A stretch of DNA of 32,000 nt from Streptomyces reniochalinae (GTDB lineage Bacteria > Actinomycetota > Actinomycetes > Streptomycetales > Streptomycetaceae). The notes beneath the pieces were generated by a model. That model saw only the letters and a program-made list of their open reading frames with translations. It did no database searches and was not told where the DNA came from. Numbering within the stretch: position 1 is the stretch's first letter; each line of letters opens with the position of its first letter. The position numbers and the translations under genes are program-made. Location of the stretch: contig NZ_QOIM01000039.1 in NCBI RefSeq assembly GCF_003323735.1, positions 39,349 to 71,348 of the forward strand. The letters run 5' to 3'. This document shows, one piece after another, positions 21,598 to 27,734 of the stretch.

Positions 21598-22767
21598 ATG
21601 ACAGCCATCCAGAGCACGCCCACGGAAGGGGCCCGTTCGTCACCCCTGCCGTCTCTGACCGGCCTGCGGTTCGTCGCCGCGATGGCGGTCTTCTTCTGGC
21701 ACGTCGGCAACCTTGGGGTCTTCGCCGACAAGGACGCCGGCTCCGCCTACATGACCGTCTTCTACCAGGGCGGCTGGACGGCGGTGAACTTCTACTTCGT
21801 CCTCAGCGGCTTCATCCTCACCTGGTCGGCGAGGCCGGCCGACACGGCGCGCGTGTTCTGGCGGCGGCGGTTCTTCCGGATCTACCCCAACTACCTCGTC
21901 TCCCTCGCGGCCGCCGTGCTCGTCGGCGACCTGGTGCTCCTCTTCTACCGGGACACCGGCATGAGGCTCTTCTCCGGGTTCCTCAACGTGTTCATGCTCC
22001 AGGCGTGGTTCCCCGACGAGCGCATCGAGTTCGGCATCAACAGCATCGCGTGGTCCATGTCGGTGGAGGCGTTCTTCTACCTGTGCTTCCCGTTGCTGGT
22101 GAAGTACGTGCGCAGGATCCCCGCGAAACGGCTGTGGTTCACCGCGATGGGACTGATGGCCGCTGTGTGGATGGTGCCGCTCGTCGCCCAGCTTCTGCCC
22201 GACCAGCCGCGGACCTTCCTCGGCCCGGTGTCCAGAACGCAGTACTGGTTCGTCTACGTGTTCCCGCTGACGCGCCTGTTCGAGTTCGTGCTGGGCATGG
22301 TGATGGCGCGGATCGTGATGGCGGGTCGCTGGGTGCGCCTCGGCGCGCTTCCGGTGGCGCTGATCGTCCTGGCCGGATACGTGCTGCCCGACGTCCTGAC
22401 CTTCCTGCCGTGGTCCTTCCGCCAGACGGCCTGCTCGGTGATCCCCATGGCACTGCTGATCCCCACCGTGGCGACGTGCGACCTGGCGGGGCGGTGGACG
22501 CCCTTCCGCGGCCAGGTCATGGTGTGGCTCGGCGGCGTCTCCTACGCCTTCTTCCTGTTGCACGCCCGGGTGATCTCCGCCGCGCACCAATGGCTCGGCA
22601 GCGAGACATGGGAGACACCGATGGCGGTCGCCGTGATCGTGTTCATGTTCGTCGCCACACTGACCGCTGCCGGGTTGCTGTTCACCCTCGTGGAGCGGCC
22701 GGTCATGAAGCGGTGGAGGTCGCCCCGGCGCAGGTCAGCGCCGCACATCGAGCCCAGCGCCCCGTGA
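21598..22767 (+). CDS. Integral-membrane acyltransferase, acyltransferase-3 (OafA/MdmB-like) family
   Basis: 389 aa counted from the ATG at 21598, which has a G-rich RBS-like GGGGGG 8 nt upstream. The track ORF start at 21415 would read through the terminator hairpin. The N-terminal LTGLRFVAAMAVFFWH matches the family signature (conserved Arg and His around the first TM helix). The protein is hydrophobic with multiple predicted TM segments throughout. Confidence 0.85.
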   Translation: MTAIQSTPTEGARSSPLPSLTGLRFVAAMAVFFWHVGNLGVFADKDAGSAYMTVFYQGGWTAVNFYFVLSGFILTWSARPADTARVFWRRRFFRIYPNYLVSLAAAVLVGDLVLLFYRDTGMRLFSGFLNVFMLQAWFPDERIEFGINSIAWSMSVEAFFYLCFPLLVKYVRRIPAKRLWFTAMGLMAAVWMVPLVAQLLPDQPRTFLGPVSRTQYWFVYVFPLTRLFEFVLGMVMARIVMAGRWVRLGALPVALIVLAGYVLPDVLTFLPWSFRQTACSVIPMALLIPTVATCDLAGRWTPFRGQVMVWLGGVSYAFFLLHARVISAAHQWLGSETWETPMAVAVIVFMFVATLTAAGLLFTLVERPVMKRWRSPRRRSAPHIEPSAP

Positions 22768-22849
22768 CGGGACAAGGCTCGCTCGACAGCCGCCACTCGG
22801 CAGCGTGCGTCATGACCGCTCAGCTTCGCTCAACGAGAAAGGGGCCTAC

Positions 22850-24055
22850 ATGTCCACCAACAACCCCGTGAACCTGCGGGACAGGCGGCTGCTCACCGAC
22901 CCGCACACCGCCTACAGCGAGTTGCGCGAGGCGGGCCCACTCGTGCGGGCCACCGCGCTGGACGGCAGCCAGGTCTGGCTGGTCACCCGCCAGGAGGACG
23001 TTCAGCCTCTGCTCGCCGACCGCCGCCTGTTCACCGACCCCGAGGCGGCGGGCAGCTCGACGGTGAACGTCCGCAGCCGGATGCTGGAGAAGATGGGCGT
23101 TCCCGCCGAGGTGCTGCCCCACCTGACCGAGACGCTCCTCGACCTCGACGGTGCCGACCACACCCGCATCCGCAAGCTGGTCTCGCGGACCTTCACCGCA
23201 CGCCGGGTCGGAGCGCTGCTCCCACGCGTCGAGGAGATCACCTCGAATCTCCTCGACCGGCTCACGGGAGCCGACCTGGTGCAGGAGCTCGGCTATCCGC
23301 TCCCGATCACGGTGATCTGCGAGTTGGTCGGGGTGCCGGAGGCCGACAGGGCCGACTGGCGCCGGTGGTCGGACGCGTTCATGAGGATGGATCGCCAGAT
23401 GCCCGCGGCGTTGCGGGAGATGGTCGAGTACTGCCACGACCTCACCGCGAGCAGGCGGGCGTATCCGCGTCAGGACCTGCTCTCCGGCATGGTCGCGGAG
23501 GTCGACGAGCACGGTGAGGCGCTCACCGACGGGGAGATCGTCACGATGCTGATCTTCCTCGTCTTCGCCGGCCACGAGACGACCGCGCACCTGATCACCA
23601 ATGGCGCGCACGCCCTGATGACCCATCCCGAACAGCTCACGCTGCTGCGCGACGACCCCTCGCTGTGGCCGTCGGCGGTCAACGAGTTGATGCGGTTCTG
23701 TAGCCCGGTGCTGTCGGCCAGGGTCCGCTACCTCGCGGAGGACGTGGAGATCGGCGGCGTCATGGTCCCGGCGGGGGAGGCGGTCATGCCGGTCGTCGTC
23801 TCGGCCAACTACGACCCGCGTGTGTACCAGGACCCCGAGCGGCTCGACGTCACACGCAAGGCGGCCGGGCACCTCGGTTTCGGCGCCGGCCCGCACTACT
23901 GCCTGGGCGCGGCTCTGGCCCGCCAGGAGGGTGAGGTCGCCCTGCGCGGCCTGTTCGAGCGCTACCCCGGCATCCGCTTCTGCGGACCGGAGCCACAGTG
24001 GTCGGACCGGCCGGGAATGTACCGGCTGCTGAGTCTCCCGGTCACGCTCGGCTGA
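22850..24055 (+). CDS. Cytochrome P450 monooxygenase
   Basis: 401 aa counted from the ATG at 22850 (RBS AAAGGGG, 5-nt spacing). I-helix FAGHETT, K-helix ELMRF (ExxR) and heme-thiolate loop FGAGPHYCLGAALAR are present. Confidence 0.92.
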   Translation: MSTNNPVNLRDRRLLTDPHTAYSELREAGPLVRATALDGSQVWLVTRQEDVQPLLADRRLFTDPEAAGSSTVNVRSRMLEKMGVPAEVLPHLTETLLDLDGADHTRIRKLVSRTFTARRVGALLPRVEEITSNLLDRLTGADLVQELGYPLPITVICELVGVPEADRADWRRWSDAFMRMDRQMPAALREMVEYCHDLTASRRAYPRQDLLSGMVAEVDEHGEALTDGEIVTMLIFLVFAGHETTAHLITNGAHALMTHPEQLTLLRDDPSLWPSAVNELMRFCSPVLSARVRYLAEDVEIGGVMVPAGEAVMPVVVSANYDPRVYQDPERLDVTRKAAGHLGFGAGPHYCLGAALARQEGEVALRGLFERYPGIRFCGPEPQWSDRPGMYRLLSLPVTLG

Positions 24056-24057
24056 GC

Positions 24058-24112
24058 CTCCTGACGCAGTCCACGGATCGCCGGGACGCCGATCCGTGGA
24101 CTGCGTCAGGAG
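24058..24112. terminator. Perfect 23-bp stem / 9-nt loop hairpin between convergent genes (bidirectional terminator candidate)
   Basis: Left arm 24058-24080 (CTCCTGACGCAGTCCACGGATCG), loop CCGGGACGC, right arm 24090-24112 (CGATCCGTGGACTGCGTCAGGAG). It starts 3 nt after the P450 stop and lies about 150 nt beyond the stop of the minus-strand FG-GAP gene. There is no T-tract on either side. Confidence 0.75.
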
Positions 24113-24261
24113 ACCCACCCAAGGCGCACAGCGCCCGGGCGGGACCGCTCGGCGTCCAGGCGCCACCCGCCGCCGGGGGCGGCCCGTGCGCTGCCCCCGG
24201 GAGGCGGTGCAGGACACCGCCGGCCGGAGCGCGGGGCGCGCGGCCGCTTGCCCGCGACGGC

Positions 24262-25185
24262 TCAGCTGATCGTGTCGTACCGGTCGAAGCCCGTACCGAC
24301 CGTGACGGGCTCGGAGAAGAGGCTTTCCGGGTTGTCGGGGTCGAACCTTCCGGAGTGGACGAACGCGGACAGCGTCCCGTCCGGGCGCAGTGCCAGCAGG
24401 TCCGGCTTGCCGTCGAGGTCCACGTCGGTGAGTGTCATGTACTTCATGTCCTGCCAGCCGCGGGCGACCGTGTACCAGGTGCCGCTCGCAGGGTCGGCGT
24501 ACTCGACGCCCGGCTTGCCGGGGAACTCGAACAGGGCGATGTCGCCGTCTGGGCGGCGCACCAGCAGGTCCAGGTTGCCGTTCCCGGTGAAGTCGGCCAT
24601 GGCGAACGGGAAGTCGTCGGGGTTGATCGTCGTCAGCGGCAGGGGTTCCCTGTCGTAGGTGTCGTCCGCTATCACCCCGGCGTTCAGGTGCGGGAAGCAG
24701 TCGAAATTGCCGGCGCCCAGACCGCGGGAGAAGATGTCGTCGTTGCCGCTGCCGGTGATGTCGGCGAACCCGAACGTGGACCAGTACCGGTCGTCCTCGC
24801 GTTTGCCCGAGATGCGCGTCGGTTCACCGAACGGGCCGATCTCGCCGGGCCCACCGAGATTCTGGAGCAGGAAGAAGCCGAAGACGCCGTTCTCACCGGT
24901 GTTGATCTTCCGGACCTCGCCGTTGACGGTGACCTCTTTTACGCTGAACGCACACAGCTCGGCGCGCCCGTTACCGGTGACGTCGCACGCCTGAATGAAG
25001 CAGAAGCGCTCTCTGCCGAAGTTGTCGCCGATCTTGACCGGGTCCTCGTACGTCTGCGTGCCGTTGAGCTTTCCGCTGTGCGGGTAGACCCAGAGCGCGC
25101 CGGTCTCGGCTGAGCGCACAAGCAGGTCCAGCTTGCCGTCACCGCGGAAGGAACGGCATGCGCCGTTGTTGAATGCGAACGCCAC
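24262..25185 (-). CDS. FG-GAP / VCBS repeat beta-propeller protein (function unknown)
   Basis: At least five repeats contain the Ca-binding-like loop D-x-(T/D)-G-(N/S/D)-G-x-x-(D/E)-L: FRGDGKLDLLV, DVTGNGRAEL, DITGSGNDDI, DFTGNGNLDLLV, DVDLDGKPDLLA. The start is ambiguous. I prefer the GTG at 25185, which has GGAG 8 nt upstream and is preceded by 16 codons with GC3 of only about 31 %. In-frame alternatives are ATGs at 25275, 25311 (would give a weak signal-peptide-like N-terminus, MPSGRVNTAQGVMFWGYLGLGVA/QS) and 25356 (the track ORF). Confidence 0.75.
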   Translation of the reverse strand: MAFAFNNGACRSFRGDGKLDLLVRSAETGALWVYPHSGKLNGTQTYEDPVKIGDNFGRERFCFIQACDVTGNGRAELCAFSVKEVTVNGEVRKINTGENGVFGFFLLQNLGGPGEIGPFGEPTRISGKREDDRYWSTFGFADITGSGNDDIFSRGLGAGNFDCFPHLNAGVIADDTYDREPLPLTTINPDDFPFAMADFTGNGNLDLLVRRPDGDIALFEFPGKPGVEYADPASGTWYTVARGWQDMKYMTLTDVDLDGKPDLLALRPDGTLSAFVHSGRFDPDNPESLFSEPVTVGTGFDRYDTIS

Positions 25186-25197
25186 GCGAAATTCTCC

Positions 25198-25226
25198 ATT
25201 CTGAAATACCGCAGGTACGGCGTCAA
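25198..25226 (-). promoter_or_regulatory. Candidate sigma-70 (HrdB)-type promoter for the FG-GAP gene
   Basis: The minus strand reads TTGACG (25226-25221), 17 nt, then CAGAAT (25203-25198). This lies 12 nt upstream of the GTG at 25185, in a locally AT-rich stretch, and would give a very short or absent leader. The call is by eye only. Confidence 0.3.
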
Positions 25227-25401
25227 TTGTTTCCGACGACTGTGCGACGCCCAACCCCAGATACCCCCAGAACATCACCCCCTGCGCGGTGTTCACGCGC
25301 CCCGACGGCATGCGACCGGTCCCGGCACGATGTCCCGGCGTCCGCACCGGAGGCATCGCCGGGAGTGCTGCCCGGTAAACCCCGGGAGCCGGGGCGACGC
25401 G

Positions 25402-25424
25402 CGCCTGTCGGCGGCCGACAGGCG
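25402..25424. repeat. 23-bp perfect palindrome (11-bp arms around a central G) in the FG-GAP / ALDH divergent region; candidate operator
   Basis: CGCCTGTCGGC G GCCGACAGGCG, with every arm position checked as complementary. It lies 107 bp upstream of the ALDH ATG. My rough estimate is that a palindrome of this arm length arises by chance about 0.06-0.6 times in 32 kb at this GC content, so it is only modestly significant. Confidence 0.4.
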
Positions 25425-25530
25425 GCAGGTGCCCCCTAGACCGCCCCTGACAGCCGCCCCAGAACGACGCTTCGCCGCACCGCCACCGCTAGCTTCGACC
25501 GTCCGCCCGGTAGATTCCGAAGGGGAGCCC

Positions 25531-26946
25531 ATGCGGCAGTACTCCATGACCATCGGTGGCGAGAGCGTAGCCGGGAACGCGACGTTCGATGTCGTCAACC
25601 CCGCCACGGCCGAGGTGCACGCGGCGGCTCCCGAATGCGAGGCGGAGCAGCTCGACGCCGCTTTCGCGGCCGCACACCAGGCGTACGGAACGTGGCGGAA
25701 GAACGAGCGCGCACGCCGCCGGGCGCTGCACGCCGCGGCGGACCTGCTGATGCGCCGGACGGACCAGCTGGCGCCCGTGCTCACCGCGGAACAGGGCAAG
25801 CCGCTCAAGGACGCCGCTTTCGAGATCGCCGGCGCCGGATGGTGGCTGAAGCACTTCGCCGACATGCCCCTCCCGCACGAGGTCATCCGCGACGACGCCG
25901 AGGCCCGTGTCGAGGTGGTGCGCCGCCCGATGGGCGTGGTCGCGGCGATCACCCCGTGGAACTTCCCGCTCATGCTGGCCTGCTGGAAGCTCGGCCCCGC
26001 TCTGCTGGCCGGCAACACGGTGGTGCTCAAGCCCTCCCCTTACACCCCGCTGACGACGCTGGCGCTCGGTGAGCTGCTGCGCGAGGTGCTCCCTCCGGGG
26101 GTGGTGAACGTGGTGAGCGGGTCGGACCCGCTCGGAGCGCGGATGACCGCGCACCCGGTGCCGCGCAAGATCAGCTTCACCGGCAGTGTCGCGACGGGAA
26201 AGGAAGTGGCCGCGGTCGCCGCCGGCGACCTCAAGCGGGTCACCCTCGAACTCGGCGGCAACGACCCCGCGATCGTGCTCGACGACGCGGACCCGCGCGC
26301 CGTCGCCCCGCACCTGTTCCAGCACGCTTTCGAGAACAACGGCCAGCTCTGCTCCGCGATCAAACGCGTGTACGTGTCCGAACGCCGGCACGACGACCTC
26401 GTCGAGGTGATGGCGAAGCTCGCCCGTGAGGCGAAGGTCGGCAACGGGTTCGACGACGGCGTCCGGTTCGGCCCGATCAACAACGAGCCGCAGTTCGAGC
26501 GGATCGTCGAGCTGGTGGAGGACGCCCGAGGCCGGGGCGCGACGGTCGCGGCGGGTGGCGGGCCGCTCGAGGGGCCCGGCTACTTCTACCGGCCGACCGT
26601 CTTGGCCGATGTCGACGACAGCGTCCGCGTCGTCCATGAGGAGCAGTTCGGGCCTGTCTTGCCGATCGTGCGCTACACGTCGCTCGACGAGGTGATCGCC
26701 CGCGCCAACGAGAGCCACTTCGGTCTGGACGGTTCGGTCTGGGGCACGGACACCGACCGCGCGGCCGAGGTCGCCGCCGCCCTCGAGTGCGGCACGACCT
26801 GGGTCAACACGCACTTCTCCGTGCACCCGGGCCAGCCGTTCGGCGGGCACAAGTGGAGCGGTGTGGGCGTGGAGAACGGACGCCTGGGGCTCGAAGCCTT
26901 CACCGAGGTCCAGGTGCGCAGCCGGCACAAGGGGAATGTTGCCTAG
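25531..26946 (+). CDS. NAD(P)+-dependent aldehyde dehydrogenase
   Basis: 471 aa counted from the ATG at 25531 (RBS GAAGGGGAG). Motifs present: ITPWNFP, KPSPYTP, FTGSVATG, the catalytic Glu in LELGGNDP, the catalytic Cys in FENNGQLCSAIKR, and EEQFGPV. Confidence 0.92.
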   Translation: MRQYSMTIGGESVAGNATFDVVNPATAEVHAAAPECEAEQLDAAFAAAHQAYGTWRKNERARRRALHAAADLLMRRTDQLAPVLTAEQGKPLKDAAFEIAGAGWWLKHFADMPLPHEVIRDDAEARVEVVRRPMGVVAAITPWNFPLMLACWKLGPALLAGNTVVLKPSPYTPLTTLALGELLREVLPPGVVNVVSGSDPLGARMTAHPVPRKISFTGSVATGKEVAAVAAGDLKRVTLELGGNDPAIVLDDADPRAVAPHLFQHAFENNGQLCSAIKRVYVSERRHDDLVEVMAKLAREAKVGNGFDDGVRFGPINNEPQFERIVELVEDARGRGATVAAGGGPLEGPGYFYRPTVLADVDDSVRVVHEEQFGPVLPIVRYTSLDEVIARANESHFGLDGSVWGTDTDRAAEVAAALECGTTWVNTHFSVHPGQPFGGHKWSGVGVENGRLGLEAFTEVQVRSRHKGNVA

Positions 26947-26966
26947 TGGGCAAGGATGCCCAATCA

Positions 26967-27000
26967 GCAAATTTGCCGAGTGAGCATTTTCTGGTACCTT
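26967..27000 (+). promoter_or_regulatory. Candidate tetR promoter with overlapping 10-bp palindrome (possible autoregulatory operator)
   Basis: The 60-bp gap between ALDH and tetR is locally AT-rich. It contains the perfect palindrome GCAAATTTGC (26967-26976), a -35-like TTGCCG (26973-26978), 16 nt, then a -10-like TACCTT (26995-27000). The -10 ends 6 nt before the ATG at 27007, which suggests a leaderless transcript. The call is by eye only. Confidence 0.3.
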
Positions 27001-27006
27001 GGCTGC

Positions 27007-27621
27007 ATGTCCGATGAGCCAGTGCTGGGCCTGCGCGAGCGCAAGAAGATAGACACACGCAAGGCGCTGAGCGACGCCGCCGTGGAGTTGATGTACGAGC
27101 GCGGTCTGAAGAACCTCGTCCGGGAGGAGATCGCGGCCCGCGTCGGCGTGTCACCGCGCACCTTCGGCAACTACTTCGCCAGCAAGTACGAAGCCTTGGC
27201 CTACCGGCTGGGCGACCGGATCCGCCGCAGTGCCGAGCTGCTGCGGGCCCGCCCCGCCCAGGAGCCGCTGTGGACGGCGATCGCCGAGGCCATGGTCGAG
27301 CCGCTGTGGGCGGACGGAGCGCCGTTCGGACGGCCGACGCGGGAGCAGCTCGTCGAGTTGCGCAAGCTGAGCCTGGTCCCGGAGATGCAGGAGGCCATGG
27401 CGCGGGCGTCCATCGACGACCTCGTCGACGCGATCGCCGCGCGCACGGGCACCGACGCGCGCAACGACCTGTATCCGCGGCTCGTCGCGCGCATCACCGT
27501 CACCGCGGTGAACGCCGTGATGGACCGCTATGTGCACACGGACGAGCCGGTGAAGATCCCCGACCTGCTCCGCGAGGTGATCACCAGTATTTCGGAAGGA
27601 CTGCCGCCGCCCGAGCGGTGA
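27007..27621 (+). CDS. TetR/AcrR-family transcriptional regulator
   Basis: 204 aa counted from the ATG at 27007. The N-terminal HTH region (LRERKKIDTRKALSDAAVELMYERGLKNLVREEIAARVGVSPRTFGNYFASKYEAL) is typical of the TetR_N domain. The C-terminal ligand domain is divergent. Confidence 0.9.
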   Translation: MSDEPVLGLRERKKIDTRKALSDAAVELMYERGLKNLVREEIAARVGVSPRTFGNYFASKYEALAYRLGDRIRRSAELLRARPAQEPLWTAIAEAMVEPLWADGAPFGRPTREQLVELRKLSLVPEMQEAMARASIDDLVDAIAARTGTDARNDLYPRLVARITVTAVNAVMDRYVHTDEPVKIPDLLREVITSISEGLPPPER

Positions 27622-27689
27622 CCGCGGCGGCGGCCGGTGAGGCCGGCCGGCGCCGGGGGTACCGACGAAGCAGGCAGCGTGGGCGATTC

Positions 27690-27720
27690 CGAGCCCGTCA
27701 GGGACATCGAGCCCGTCAGG
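27690..27720 (+). repeat. Two exact copies of a 13-bp direct repeat (CGAGCCCGTCAGG), 18-bp period, abutting the MFS ribosome-binding site
   Basis: Copy 1 is at 27690-27702 and copy 2 at 27708-27720. Copy 2 runs into AGGAAGGAA, the RBS for the ATG at 27735. Confidence 0.5.
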
Positions 27721-27734
27721 AAGGAACAGAACGC

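Noticed and set aside
25138-25146. An RGD tripeptide (cgc ggt gac on the minus strand) in the first FG-GAP repeat, reminiscent of integrin ligands.
   Set aside because: It is simply part of the repeat's G-D-G-x-x-D calcium-loop consensus (FRGDGKLD). A tripeptide match has no statistical weight.
24262-25356. The lower GC of the FG-GAP gene (about 57-67 % in sampled 60-nt lines, versus about 73 % in the PKS genes) as evidence of horizontal acquisition.
   Set aside because: Beyond the ambiguous first ~57 codons, third-position GC remains high (about 85 %). The dip mainly reflects an amino-acid composition rich in Asn, Phe, Asp, Lys and Thr. I saw no flanking mobility genes or direct repeats.
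26948-26961. Small hairpins immediately after stop codons or in the P450/FG-GAP spacer: GGGCAaggaTGCCC after the ALDH stop, GGCCGGtgaggCCGGCC after the TetR stop, and GCCGCCgggGGCGGC at about 24170.
   Set aside because: Stems of 5-6 bp made of G/C are expected by chance many times in this composition, so I did not call them as terminators.
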